From: a bacterium Ga0077546 | Lineage (GTDB): Bacteria; Cyanobacteriota; Vampirovibrionia; Obscuribacterales; Obscuribacteraceae | Assembly (NCBI GenBank): GCA_943369735.1 | Contig: CALROJ020000003.1 | Span: 4,701-68,700 of the forward strand | Direction: 5' to 3' | Length of the DNA: 64,000 nucleotides | In this document: one piece after another, positions 40,935 to 50,966 of the stretch | How the letters are laid out: every line of letters begins with the position of its first letter | How positions within the stretch are numbered: the stretch's first letter is position 1 | The notes under the pieces: model-generated | Database searches by the model: none | What the model was told of the DNA's origin: nothing | Seen by the model: the letters and a program-made list of their open reading frames with translations, nothing else | Made by a program: the position numbers and the translations under genes

Positions 40935-42385
40935 CACTTCCTGCGGTACGGTCAACATTTCATATCTCGCGCTGGCAGTTGTTTCATCTCTACTTCTGCT
41001 TCGTTGTCTTTGTCCTGGCCGTTACTAATGTGCTGCCTGCCTTTGATTTTGGCTTCTTTTTAGCAGTAGAGCTAAACTTGCTGATTTTGCCTGAATGGTT
41101 TGCCTTCATTGGTAGCCTTCTTGCCGTGCGCGGTCGGCCGCAGCTGGCGATGCAACTGATTAACTCCGGTCTTAAAATTGATGATCAAAATTATCGATTG
41201 CTCTGTGCTCGCGCCCTTGCTTATCAGCAAATTGGCGATCTTGAGAGTGCCTTAGAAGACGCTTCTCAAGCTATTCTTGTCTCTCCTAACCGCACTTATG
41301 CTCTAACTATGCGGGGGGTGGTTCATCTTTGTCTAAGCGACTATGTTGAAGCTGAAGCTGATTACAATCAGATTTTGAAGAAGAATCCTCGCGATATCGT
41401 TGCTGCTCTAAACCGTGCCTGCGCCCGCTTACAGCTCGGTAAAATAAATGAATGTATTGCTGACTGCGACTTAGTGTTGCAAGGGCGCAAGTATCGCGAA
41501 AATGCCTACTTTATAAAAATTGCGGCCTTGCTCGAAACAAGAAAAATTAAAGAGGCTGAACTTTTAGTACAGCAACTTGAAGCTAGCAAAAGCAAGCATC
41601 ATCTTGTTGCTCTCTCTCGGGCCATGCTACACGGAGCCACTCACAAGTACGAAGAGGTGCTGGCTGTCTGTGCTACGGCGCCGGCCGATCGCAAGGCTGA
41701 ATTTTTCTTGACACCACAAGCTAATGCGTATCTATCTCTCAATGAAGGTGATCTCGCTCTGTCAACTGCATCACTGGTGGTGACAAAGAATCCGCAGATT
41801 TATACTGGCTATTACTATCGTGCTTTAGTGCTAATCGAGGCGGGCTACTGGCAAGAAGCTGTAGCTGACTGCAATATGGTTGATACACTGCAGCCCCATT
41901 TGAGCTTGAGTAATGCTCTACGGGCCAGGCTTAGTTTCGCTGCTGGCGATATGGAACAGTGTCTAGAAAACTGTGACAAAGCCCTAGTGAAAAATCAGTT
42001 CGATATTCACGCCTTGTTGTTCAAAGTTAAGGCGCTTTGTGCCCTCAGTCGTTTTGAAGAAGCGCGTCAAGCGGCCAAGCAGGCTCTGGAGATTAATCCA
42101 GTTGATCCTGAAGCGCTAAGCGCTATGGCTTTAGTGGTGTTCAAGGTCGAAGGCCCTGAAGCCGCTTTACCTCTATTAGATCGCGCCATTGCCGAAAATC
42201 CGCATCTGCGCTTTGACTATCAATTGAGAAGTGAAGTTCACGCCGCCTTAGGCGATAGTACCCGCAGCCAGTCTGACCTTGAGCGCTATCAATCAAAGCA
42301 GACCCAGCTAGTTGCCGGACTAGCGGAGAGCGTCTTGCGCTTGCAGCAGGCTCGCGCTGACGATCCACTGGCGTATTTGGGGTAG
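40931..42385 (+). CDS. TPR-repeat membrane-anchored protein
   Basis: ATGA overlap with the upstream gene. Two N-terminal hydrophobic helices, then many TPR-like units. Confidence 0.65.
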   Translation: MTLPAVRSTFHISRWQLFHLYFCFVVFVLAVTNVLPAFDFGFFLAVELNLLILPEWFAFIGSLLAVRGRPQLAMQLINSGLKIDDQNYRLLCARALAYQQIGDLESALEDASQAILVSPNRTYALTMRGVVHLCLSDYVEAEADYNQILKKNPRDIVAALNRACARLQLGKINECIADCDLVLQGRKYRENAYFIKIAALLETRKIKEAELLVQQLEASKSKHHLVALSRAMLHGATHKYEEVLAVCATAPADRKAEFFLTPQANAYLSLNEGDLALSTASLVVTKNPQIYTGYYYRALVLIEAGYWQEAVADCNMVDTLQPHLSLSNALRARLSFAAGDMEQCLENCDKALVKNQFDIHALLFKVKALCALSRFEEARQAAKQALEINPVDPEALSAMALVVFKVEGPEAALPLLDRAIAENPHLRFDYQLRSEVHAALGDSTRSQSDLERYQSKQTQLVAGLAESVLRLQQARADDPLAYLG

Positions 42386-42401
42386 GGTCCTTGATGCCGG
42401 T

Positions 42402-43445
42402 ATGTTGAAGCTATTAGCCGGGTTCAAGATTGCGATGATGCTGGTAGCGTGTGTCATTGCTGGTTGCGTTGCAGTAAGCTTCTTATCTGATAGCTGGATT
42501 GGCGATTTACTCAGTCAATTGAGACTTGTTTGGGCCTGGATGCTCTTGCCGATTCTCTTAGTATTTGTTTGCCTTCGTATGGTTTTGCCCCTTTGTCTGT
42601 TATCTCTGGTGTTTCTGGTAAATACTGCTCCTGTTTTGTTGATGTATTTGCCGTTAGAGAATACTTTGACTGAGTCATTGAAGGACTCTTCAATTGAGAC
42701 TTTGAACGATGCTTCCAGAGATTCTTCTCTCCCTTCGGCCCCGCGTGTCAGTGGAGTAAAGCCGAAAGTGATCGGCCTTCTGAACTACAATACTGAATTT
42801 CAACATAACAATGACTACAAAAGTTTTGAAGCGCTCTTGCGTCAGCACCAACCTGATTTGCTTGTGCTTACAGAAGTGGACTCAACCTGGCTTGCTGCTA
42901 TCTCTGGAGCTACGAAAGTTTTTCCATATAGCAAAACTGTTATTGCTGGTGCTGGTTTAGCTATGTTCAGCAAGTATCCAATTGGCAAGAGTGAGGTGCG
43001 CTATTTTGGCAAAAGTCATCATCCGCGAATTTTTGCTCAGCTGGCCTTTCCCACTTACAAGCTCAATCTAGTTTTGGTTCATCCGCCGACTCCGCAGCCA
43101 GAAGCGCGCTTTCTCGAACGCAATCAAGAGTTGAGTCTCATCGCTAGTGAGATAAATGAGCTTTCTGGGCCGACTATTTTAGTGGGTGATTTTAACTGCG
43201 GACCGTGGTCGAAGCCTTTCGCTGAGCTGCTGAAATCTGACTTGAAAGACTCAGAGCAGGGTTTTGGACCGCAGCCCTCGTGGCCCGCTCGTGTTGGTCG
43301 CGTGGTCGAGCGGTTGGCTGTGCCGCCAATCGTGCCCATAGATCATGTTTTGGTTAGCCGTGATATCAAAGTCTTGAGTCGCACGGCTGGTCCTGCAATT
43401 GGAGCTGATCACTTGCCAGTTTTTGTAAAACTGACCACAGACTAG
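42402..43445 (+). CDS. endonuclease/exonuclease/phosphatase (EEP) family protein with N-terminal TM segments
   Basis: LLVLTEVD, ILVGDFNCGPWS and PIDHVLVS match the EEP catalytic motif order. Confidence 0.7.
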   Translation: MLKLLAGFKIAMMLVACVIAGCVAVSFLSDSWIGDLLSQLRLVWAWMLLPILLVFVCLRMVLPLCLLSLVFLVNTAPVLLMYLPLENTLTESLKDSSIETLNDASRDSSLPSAPRVSGVKPKVIGLLNYNTEFQHNNDYKSFEALLRQHQPDLLVLTEVDSTWLAAISGATKVFPYSKTVIAGAGLAMFSKYPIGKSEVRYFGKSHHPRIFAQLAFPTYKLNLVLVHPPTPQPEARFLERNQELSLIASEINELSGPTILVGDFNCGPWSKPFAELLKSDLKDSEQGFGPQPSWPARVGRVVERLAVPPIVPIDHVLVSRDIKVLSRTAGPAIGADHLPVFVKLTTD

Positions 43446-43472
43446 ATCTATTTACGGAAAACACTAATAAAT

Positions 43473-45107
43473 CTATTTTCTCTGCTGAACTTTTTCTTTC
43501 GTGTTCGCGTACTTTTTCTCGGCTTTGGGATCGCGAGTGTTCATGATTAGATCGACGCTATCGGGGTTGGTCTCGACTGCTTGCTTCAGTAAGGGCAGTG
43601 CGCTGTCACCCGCTCCCGCGCTCATGCCGCCGAAGCCTACTTCCATTGCTTCATAGTCAGTGAGCTTAAGGCCGTTCAAGTGTTTCATGGCCACCTCGGC
43701 CTCTTTCTTATTGTGAGTTTTGCGTGCTACTTCCATGAGGCATTGCCAGATCTGGCTGTCGTTAGGCCTTTTGACTAGCATCTGCCGTGCCAATGTCTTT
43801 GCTTGCTCGTATCTCCCGGCATAGACAAGTCCACTTAAGTAATCGTCTTCGAAATCGAAGCCATCGAAGCCGTTGGGAAATAGTATCTTTCCTCTTTTTA
43901 ACAGAGCAAAGCCCTCGTCGTACTGTTTAAAGCGCATCAGAGCTCCGGCCATCGCCACAATGACGTAGAATTCGCTGGGAGAGGCTTTGTACATTTTTTT
44001 AGCCAATTCCATAGCTCTTTCATTTTTGTTGTTGACAAAATATAAATGCACAAGCATGCATTGTGAGCGTAATTTGTTTTGTTTGTTATTGGCAAATTGA
44101 ATACTTTTCTCTAAGTACGGTTCTGCCTCTTTGGGCCTGTCTGCGGATATCATCACATTCGCCACTGCTCTATTGTTGAAACTATCGTTAGGGTTGAAGC
44201 CCAAGGCAATGCGAGCGCAGCGTAGGCTTTCGTCAAATTTCTTTTCATAACAGTAAAATTGTGCCAACTTAAGCCATGCTTCTTCACTGGTTGGTTTGAT
44301 TACTGTAGCTTGACGCAGTAGATCGCCTTGTTCTTTTGTATTCTCTTGTTGTGCTGCTATTTCTGCGAGGCCCAAATAGGCCGCAACTCCCTTGGGAAAG
44401 GTCTTTTTCATGCCGTTGTAGACAGCTGCTGCTTCTTTTAGTTTATTGTCCTGCATTAGAAAACTTGCTAGTTCTTGCTGGTACTCAGTTGTTTTAGGGG
44501 CGAGATTTATTGCTTTTTGCATACAGCGCAAGGCTTCACTTTTACGTTTTTGACGCCACAGAGCATGGGCTAGTATTCTCCAGGCTTCGTCGTTCGTTGG
44601 CTTGAGCTCAACTGCTTTGCGTAAATTCTCGTCAGCTCCTTTTTCTCTGCTGAGTTCTTGGTACCAGCCTAAGTAAAAGTATGCTTCTGAATTGTTTGGC
44701 TCTAATGCTACAGCTTTTTGAAGGGCTTGAATGGCTTTGGAACTGCGCCCCACTGCTTGCAAAAGTTTGGCTCTTTCGATGTAACACAGTGCGTTGCCGG
44801 GTTCTATGTTAGTTGCTGCTTCTACGTGCGAGTGACTTTGATTGAACTTGCCTTGGTGACGGTAGACTCTACTTAAGCCAAGTAGGGCAGAAACGTCTTT
44901 GGGATTTGACTTGAGCGCCAGGCAAAATAATGGTTCTGCTTCTTTGTATTTGAATTGTTTGCAGAGCTTCTCGCCCTGTTTTATTGCTTGGGTTAGTTCT
45001 TGTTTGCTTGGGGCCTGAGCTGCTGCTCTTTCTATGAATAAGGTGCTGCCGACTGCTTGCGACAATAGAAATGCGACGATTGCTAGCGTATTTAGCCGTG
45101 GGAGCAT
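43473..45107 (-). CDS. secreted TPR-repeat protein (paralogue B)
   Basis: Signal peptide plus about 12 TPR-like units. Strongly similar along its whole length to the adjacent 45121-46737 product. Confidence 0.75.
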   Translation of the reverse strand: MLPRLNTLAIVAFLLSQAVGSTLFIERAAAQAPSKQELTQAIKQGEKLCKQFKYKEAEPLFCLALKSNPKDVSALLGLSRVYRHQGKFNQSHSHVEAATNIEPGNALCYIERAKLLQAVGRSSKAIQALQKAVALEPNNSEAYFYLGWYQELSREKGADENLRKAVELKPTNDEAWRILAHALWRQKRKSEALRCMQKAINLAPKTTEYQQELASFLMQDNKLKEAAAVYNGMKKTFPKGVAAYLGLAEIAAQQENTKEQGDLLRQATVIKPTSEEAWLKLAQFYCYEKKFDESLRCARIALGFNPNDSFNNRAVANVMISADRPKEAEPYLEKSIQFANNKQNKLRSQCMLVHLYFVNNKNERAMELAKKMYKASPSEFYVIVAMAGALMRFKQYDEGFALLKRGKILFPNGFDGFDFEDDYLSGLVYAGRYEQAKTLARQMLVKRPNDSQIWQCLMEVARKTHNKKEAEVAMKHLNGLKLTDYEAMEVGFGGMSAGAGDSALPLLKQAVETNPDSVDLIMNTRDPKAEKKYANTKEKVQQRK

Positions 45108-45120
45108 TTTTCTTATCCAG

Positions 45121-46737
45121 TTATTTGTGACTTGGGCTCTTTTTGTTAGCGTACTTTTTCTCAGCTTTGGGATCGCGCGTATTCATGATTAGATCGACGC
45201 TGGCCGGATTGTCTTCAATGGCTTGTTTCAACGATGCTTGCGAGCTTTCGTCAGCCCCGACTGTCATGCCGCCAAAACCTACTTCCATCGCCTCTGAGGC
45301 GCTTAGCTTTAGACCCCTAGTGTGCTTCATTGCTTCTTCAGCATCTTTTTTGTTGTGAGTTTTTGTGGCCACTGTCATAAGGCACATCCAAGTGTGGGTG
45401 TCGTTAGGTTTTTTCACCAGTATCTTTTTGGCGAGAGCTTTTGCCTGATCGTATCTTTCTGCACTCACTAGCCCAGCTAAGTGATCTTTGTCGAAGTCTT
45501 GATCGCTCGGGTAGAGTTTTTTTCCTTTCTGCAATAGGGCGAAACCTTCGTCGTATTTTTTAAAGCACATTAGAGCCCACGACATGGCCGAGATTGCCCA
45601 GTATTCGTTGGGATATTGCTTATACATTTCTTTGGCCAATTCCATGGCTCGATCGTTTTTGTTATTGATAAAGTGCAGATGCACAAGAAGATCTTGTGAG
45701 CGCAGCTTCTGTTGTAAATCTGTGGCGAATACTATGCTCTTCTGTAAATATGGCTCTGCGTCTTGGGGCTTGTCTGCATTTATTAGGGCAATGGCCAAGG
45801 CACTATTATTGAGCGCGCTATTGGGCCTGAAGCCTAGAGCAATGCGAGCACACCTGATGCTTTCGTCAAATTTTCGTTCGTCAGAATAAAACTGTGCCAA
45901 TTTAAGCCAGGCTAGTTCGCTGGTTGGTTTAATTACGGTAGCTTGACGCAGCAACTCGCCTTGCAGTTTTGTGTTACTTTGTCGCGCGGCAATTTCGGCC
46001 AGACCGATGAATGGCTCTGCGCTCTTTGGAAAAGCAGTTTTCATGCCGTTGTAGACAGCCGCAGCGTCTTTGAATTTATCTTGGGCCAGAAGAATATCGG
46101 CTAACTCTTTCTGATATTGAAGATTTTTTGGTGCTAGTTTAATGGCGCTTTGCATTGCTTTGTTTGCTTCGCTATGACGATCCTGGCGCCAGAGCGCATA
46201 GGCTAGTATTCTCCAGGCGCGGTCGTTCTTCGGGTCTAACTGCACAGCCTGACGTAAACTCTTTACTGCTTCTTTGTCGCCTAGAAGATCTTGGGTCCAG
46301 CCCAAGTAGTAGTAGGCTTCGGAATTATTCGGTGCTAGCTCTATAGCTTTTTTGCAATCTTGAATGGCTTTGCTGTAACGATGCATCTTTTGAAAGAGCT
46401 TGCCGCTTTCGAGATAACACAGCCCATTGTTAGGCTCAATGCTCATTGCGGCTTTGATCAGTGAGTAACTCTGGTTGGCCTTGCCCTGATGGCGATAGAC
46501 TTTACTCATTCCAAGCAGGGCGGCAACGTTCTTGGGGTTGCTTTTGAGAGCCTGGCTAAAGTAGGGCTCAGCTTCTTTGTATTTGAACTGCTTGCAGAGT
46601 TTTTCACCCTGGTCGACTGCTGTCGTTGACTCTTGATTGGCTGGATGGGCTGACGCTTTCTCAATCAGCACGGAGACACTTGCCGTCTGCGAGAGAATCA
46701 AGATCATTGCTGCTAGCCTAGTTAGCCGTAGATTCAT
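45121..46737 (-). CDS. secreted TPR-repeat protein (paralogue A)
   Basis: Same architecture as paralogue B. Shared blocks include GEKLCKQFKYKEAEP, LRQATVIKPTSE.AWLKLAQFY and VDLIMNTRDPKAEKKYAN. Confidence 0.75.
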   Translation of the reverse strand: MNLRLTRLAAMILILSQTASVSVLIEKASAHPANQESTTAVDQGEKLCKQFKYKEAEPYFSQALKSNPKNVAALLGMSKVYRHQGKANQSYSLIKAAMSIEPNNGLCYLESGKLFQKMHRYSKAIQDCKKAIELAPNNSEAYYYLGWTQDLLGDKEAVKSLRQAVQLDPKNDRAWRILAYALWRQDRHSEANKAMQSAIKLAPKNLQYQKELADILLAQDKFKDAAAVYNGMKTAFPKSAEPFIGLAEIAARQSNTKLQGELLRQATVIKPTSELAWLKLAQFYSDERKFDESIRCARIALGFRPNSALNNSALAIALINADKPQDAEPYLQKSIVFATDLQQKLRSQDLLVHLHFINNKNDRAMELAKEMYKQYPNEYWAISAMSWALMCFKKYDEGFALLQKGKKLYPSDQDFDKDHLAGLVSAERYDQAKALAKKILVKKPNDTHTWMCLMTVATKTHNKKDAEEAMKHTRGLKLSASEAMEVGFGGMTVGADESSQASLKQAIEDNPASVDLIMNTRDPKAEKKYANKKSPSHK

Positions 46738-47039
46738 TCGTGGGTTTCTCTTGGGTGCGTTTCTCTTGGCAGGACCCTCTCAAATCGCCTTGAGAAGCTC
46801 AGTATTGGCGGGGCGTCTTTGCGTACTTTGGCTAAGTAGAACTTTAGGTATTTTAAACTGCTTGGCGTGTAATCACGGTTGACAACAAGTTGCCAAATCG
46901 TCACCATTAAACCTTACGGTGACAGTTAGTGAAGTGTGGCAGTACTTTGCCAGTTTTTCGCAAAAAATCAGGCACAAGTTAGGCAAAAGTCAGTCACTAG
47001 TTGCGAATGACGTGACTCGTGAAAGTAAGGTGGAAGCTA

Positions 47040-47759
47040 ATGGGTTGTCGAGTAAATTTCGTATTTAGAAGCACCTTGTGTCTGGCTGCTATTGTGGCGG
47101 GTTTGTCAGTTTCGCCTCTTTTCGCCACGCCTGCCTTTGCCGGTGACTTCGAAGACGGCTGTAAGTCATATAGCGCCAAAGATTACAGCAGTGCTAGAGC
47201 CAGCTTTGAAAAAGTGGTTTCTGCCTATCCTAAGTTTGCTTTGGGTCACTATTATTTGGGCAATGTTTTGCTCTCGTCTGGTCAAGTAGCTAAGGCAAAA
47301 GTCGAATATCAAAATTGTTTGAATGGCAATCCTGATGCCACCACAGCCAAGTATTGTCAGGACGTATTGGCCAAGCTTGGAACTGCGACAATGGCAACAG
47401 GCTCAGGTTCAAGTGCTGGCTCTGCTGTTTCTGGCTCTAGTGGCTCTGGTTCAACTATGGTTGGAGCCGTCAGTGGCACGCCAATTCAAGACGCTGCTGA
47501 AAATGCGGCAGAAGAAAGAAAGAAAGTTGTTATGGATAAGGCTGAAAAAGAGATCAGGGCTCTTCGAGCTGAGTATCAAAATCGCCTTGATAGAGGCGAT
47601 GTAAATGTGCCCACTAACAGCAAATACCATATTGGTCCTGACGGTAGCATGGTTCATCACTATTCTCCTGAGTCTAGAGCTATCGTGGAAGGCGAGTGCG
47701 AAGCACAGTGCGACCAGATTCGCTATATGGCTGAGCAACAGTGCAAATTTATTAAATAG
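47040..47759 (+). CDS. secreted protein with TPR-like N-domain, Gly/Ser linker and coiled C-domain
   Basis: ATG at 47040 lies 5 nt after AAGGTGGA. Signal peptide ending AFA; TPR-like YYLGNVLLSSGQVAKAKVEYQNCL; GSGSSAGSAVSGSSGSGS linker. Confidence 0.55.
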   Translation: MGCRVNFVFRSTLCLAAIVAGLSVSPLFATPAFAGDFEDGCKSYSAKDYSSARASFEKVVSAYPKFALGHYYLGNVLLSSGQVAKAKVEYQNCLNGNPDATTAKYCQDVLAKLGTATMATGSGSSAGSAVSGSSGSGSTMVGAVSGTPIQDAAENAAEERKKVVMDKAEKEIRALRAEYQNRLDRGDVNVPTNSKYHIGPDGSMVHHYSPESRAIVEGECEAQCDQIRYMAEQQCKFIK

Positions 47760-47849
47760 CTATTGTCGCCCTCTGCTTTTGAAAAATACTTGAGTACTCA
47801 ACAATTTCTGCAACGAGTTCGTTAACGTGCATGCGCCCTCTGTTAATTT

Positions 47850-47879
47850 GAGAAATAGTTGTATATACAACTATTTCTC
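47850..47879. terminator. perfect 30-nt palindrome between convergent genes
   Basis: gagaaatagttgtatatacaactatttctc. Confidence 0.6.
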
Positions 47880-47886
47880 TTTTCTT

Positions 47887-48459
47887 CTATTGATCGAGGG
47901 CATCTAGGGCTTTCTGACAAATGCGCTTGCTCTCTAGAGCATAGTCTTCCAGATCGCTGTTGCGGCTCTTGCGGGCGGCCTCTGCTCTTCTCGACCAGTC
48001 TTCTAGATGGCCTTCTATTTCTGCTTTTGTTGCTTGTGACACCTTGAGCTCAAGGTAGATCAACAGGGCCTGATGGGTCTCTGATTCTTGCAATGATTCC
48101 AAGCACTTATTCTTGGCTGCGATATAGGCCTGAATAATGCTTGAGCAGTTTTCAACATCGGCAAGGGCCGATTTCTTTTTCGCGGCTGAGCGTCGGCTGG
48201 TCCAGTGACTGGCCTGATCTGCAAAGAATTGCATGGTCTTCTCTAGTTCTTTTTCAGCTGCCACTTCATCGGCTACAAGCTGGGAAACAGCGGCCAGATC
48301 TTTATTGGCGGAGGCTGCTTCAATGTTTTCTGCTCTCTGGCTTCGAGCTTCTTCAATGCCTTCTAGAGCATCTTCAAGGAGTTGATCTATCTTTGCTTGT
48401 TCTATTTGGGGTTGCTCTGCTTGTGTCGGTTCTTCTGGGTTCATTGCTTTACTAGTCAC
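47887..48459 (-). CDS. hypothetical coiled-coil protein
   Basis: 190 aa, Glu/Ala/Gln-rich and heptad-like. 3 nt downstream of the preceding gene. Confidence 0.5.
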   Translation of the reverse strand: MTSKAMNPEEPTQAEQPQIEQAKIDQLLEDALEGIEEARSQRAENIEAASANKDLAAVSQLVADEVAAEKELEKTMQFFADQASHWTSRRSAAKKKSALADVENCSSIIQAYIAAKNKCLESLQESETHQALLIYLELKVSQATKAEIEGHLEDWSRRAEAARKSRNSDLEDYALESKRICQKALDALDQ

Positions 48460-48462
48460 TGT

Positions 48463-48783
48463 TTACTTAGTCACCAGGGCCGCTACGATCAAGACTTGCG
48501 TGATGGCGCAAAGCAGTAAGATCATTCCCGCTGGCATAAACTTTTTAGACTTGGCTAGGCGCTTGAGGAAGAAGGCATCAAGCAGACCGGTGACAACTAG
48601 GGCGGCAATGAAGCCCGCTTGAAGATTAGCGAAGCCCAGGCCGAAGCAAGCGTCTAATAGAACAGCACTAATTGCCCCTGCTATTAGTGAGGCTTTGCTG
48701 CCAGCTTTCTTGAAGCCGATGATGCCACCAACGAGTACAAATGTTGAAAGTATGAGTATGGCGTAATGCGCAACTGCGGTCAT
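48463..48783 (-). CDS. TMEM14/UPF0136-family small membrane protein
   Basis: 106 aa with four hydrophobic helices. GGIIGFKKAGSKASLIAG is typical of the family. Confidence 0.55.
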   Translation of the reverse strand: MTAVAHYAILILSTFVLVGGIIGFKKAGSKASLIAGAISAVLLDACFGLGFANLQAGFIAALVVTGLLDAFFLKRLAKSKKFMPAGMILLLCAITQVLIVAALVTK

Positions 48784-48820
48784 TGATTATCCCTCTTTTG
48801 TCTGTTGATTCTACTTGGTT

Positions 48821-49291
48821 TCAGCGCAGAGCTGGTTGAGTAGGAACTTCTATTTTCTTTTCTTCTTTTACTTCGTCATTAATTTCGTCTTTGGTTTGAT
48901 CGACATCGAAGGTAAATTCTTCTCCGCCGTCGCCTCTAGTGGCAATCCAGGTGCCCATGGTGGAACCAGAGTCTTTATCTCTCGGGCGGATGTACCAGTT
49001 GCCCGCGATCACTGTGCCGTCCTCGTTCATGGTGCCGCGATACTCTACCGGGTCAATGCGCACGCTGATATACGTTTTGATGAATTGTAGGCTAGGGTAC
49101 GTGAACGATCCGGAAACCATAGCCTCACCAAGATTGCAGTTGTCTAGAACGCTGCCTTCAACTCTTTTTTCAAAACCGCTGCCAATTTCGACAAAGACAA
49201 CTTCGAATGCACTGCCATCTTGTTCGCCAAGATAGAAGTACTGACCCATCCAGCTTCCGGCTATTGAATGATTGTGATCTGATGCTGTCAT
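48821..49291 (-). CDS. hypothetical protein
   Basis: 156-aa ORF with GSWMGQYFY...GTVIAGNWY beta-rich pattern and an acidic tail. No family assigned. Confidence 0.5.
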   Translation of the reverse strand: MTASDHNHSIAGSWMGQYFYLGEQDGSAFEVVFVEIGSGFEKRVEGSVLDNCNLGEAMVSGSFTYPSLQFIKTYISVRIDPVEYRGTMNEDGTVIAGNWYIRPRDKDSGSTMGTWIATRGDGGEEFTFDVDQTKDEINDEVKEEKKIEVPTQPALR

Positions 49292-49301
49292 TTCGTTTTG
49301 G

Positions 49302-50795
49302 CTATTTCGTCACAGTGAAATGGTCAATGACTTTGCCTTTGGTATTGATTTGCTTGATAGTCACTGTCTTGTCGACAACTTCCATATTGGTATAAGAATA
49401 ATCAGACGAATCGTACTTCAATATGTAATCTGATGGCGAGCCTTGTGGATAGAGCCGCGCGCCACCAGCGCCTGTGACGATGTGAATAATTCCGGCTGGT
49501 TTAGTTTTTGTTGCGCCATCAAAATTATGATCGATGGCGAAGGCACCATCCACAGTGCCGTCTTGGAGCATGGTTAATTGTCGAGCGCCAGCTTTAGGTG
49601 AAAAAATAAGTGGATAGCTTCGCTCGTAGCAATGGGCATGTCCGGCGAAGACCATGTCTACTTTATATTTGCTGAGAATGTCAGAGATCAGACGCATGCG
49701 CTGCTCGTTTCCGTGGGGCATGTCAATGCTGAATGCCGGTTGGTGGAAGGAGACGAAACGCCAAGTAGCTGATTGCGCTTTCTTGAGGTCTTCGATTAGC
49801 CATTTGCGCGTTTTTTCGTCGCTCCAGTCCATGTAATAGTTGCCGTCTAACACTGTCCAGTGCGCGTTGCCAAAGTCGAAAGAGAAATTTGCCATTTGTG
49901 GATAGGCATCCCCGACAGATTTTTTAAACAGTATCTGCTTGTTCTCGACCCCGGTGATTGGTGGTGTGTTCTTTTCACCATATTTAGTGCCAAATCCATT
50001 GAGTGGCTGGTCCCAAAACAGGAAATAAGCCATGGCATCATTGTGCTTGTCAAAATTAGTGGCATTACCATCTAAAGCAATATCATGGTTGCCCAGTACA
50101 CCCACTGTAAATATCGAGCGCAACATCGGCACCGAGAGCGCTTTGCTGGCTGAATCTTTGTTTGTTGCTTCTTTGTTAGGGTCGAGGTTGTAGATGGGAA
50201 AGTAATTAGTCAAATACTGAGAGTAGAGACCGTGGCGGTAGACAATGTCTCCTGGAATCAAGACGAAATCTGGTTTTGCTTTAAAGACTTGATTGGCGAT
50301 TTCTCTTTGGCCGCTAGTGTTTTCGCCACAATCTCCGAAGATAGCTACCTTGAATGGTTGCGATGGGCTCTTCTTCGCTGTTGCTGTTGCCTCGAATACT
50401 AGGGCGCCATCTTGCTTGATTTGATAGTGAAAGGTTTCACCGGGCGTCAGTTTTTTTAGGCGAACTGTGTACTTCTTTATTGGTGAGGAAAAGCCCGGTA
50501 GGGCAATCAATCGCTCGAGGAGGCTCTCTGCGGGCTTATATTCAGTAGCTTTGCCGCTTTTGGCCGAGGCGCTCCATTTGTGGCTGTCATTGCTGGTAAA
50601 CCAAACAACGGTTGCGGCACTGGCGTCGCTCTTTGCTTCTAAGCCTAGCTGCAAATATGGTTTGACGATGAAGGGGTTATTTTGTTTAGGTGCTTGAGTT
50701 TGAGCTTGATTTTGAACTTGGCGCTGAGCTAGTGCAGGGCTGCAGCAAAACAAGAAGCAATGCAAAGAGATGACAAGGGTGAACCACTTAACCAT
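49302..50795 (-). CDS. secreted calcineurin-like metallophosphoesterase (purple acid phosphatase-like)
   Basis: The GDCGE, GDIVYRHG, GNHD and GHAHCYER motifs appear in order. Start taken at ATG 50795, 5 nt after AAGAGGA and preceding a signal peptide. The track start at 50864 would overlap the tRNA. Confidence 0.8.
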   Translation of the reverse strand: MVKWFTLVISLHCFLFCCSPALAQRQVQNQAQTQAPKQNNPFIVKPYLQLGLEAKSDASAATVVWFTSNDSHKWSASAKSGKATEYKPAESLLERLIALPGFSSPIKKYTVRLKKLTPGETFHYQIKQDGALVFEATATAKKSPSQPFKVAIFGDCGENTSGQREIANQVFKAKPDFVLIPGDIVYRHGLYSQYLTNYFPIYNLDPNKEATNKDSASKALSVPMLRSIFTVGVLGNHDIALDGNATNFDKHNDAMAYFLFWDQPLNGFGTKYGEKNTPPITGVENKQILFKKSVGDAYPQMANFSFDFGNAHWTVLDGNYYMDWSDEKTRKWLIEDLKKAQSATWRFVSFHQPAFSIDMPHGNEQRMRLISDILSKYKVDMVFAGHAHCYERSYPLIFSPKAGARQLTMLQDGTVDGAFAIDHNFDGATKTKPAGIIHIVTGAGGARLYPQGSPSDYILKYDSSDYSYTNMEVVDKTVTIKQINTKGKVIDHFTVTK

Positions 50796-50829
50796 GATCA
50801 TCCTCTTCGGTTTTTTTTTGATTGAAAAA

Positions 50830-50905
50830 TGGTGCCGAGACGCAGAATTGAACTGCGGACACAAGGATTTTCAGTCCTTTGCTCTACCAACTGAGCTACC
50901 TCGGC
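50830..50905 (-). tRNA. tRNA-Phe (anticodon GAA), CCA encoded
   Basis: The reverse complement GCCGAGGTAGCTCAGTTGGTAGAGCAAAGGACTGAAAATCCTTGTGTCCGCAGTTCAATTCTGCGTCTCGGCACCA folds as a 76-nt cloverleaf: 7-bp acceptor, D-loop AGTTGGTA, anticodon loop CTGAAAA and T-loop TTCAATT. Confidence 0.95.
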
Positions 50906-50922
50906 AGACTGACGCAAAAGAC

Positions 50923-50966
50923 AGCGCTGGTCTGAATTAGCGCTGATCTGAAATAAGCGCTGGATC
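50923..50966. repeat. three direct repeats containing the AGCGCT palindrome in the tRNA-Phe leader
   Basis: agcgctggtctgaa (50923), agcgctgatctgaa (50939) and agcgctggatc (50956). Confidence 0.75.
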
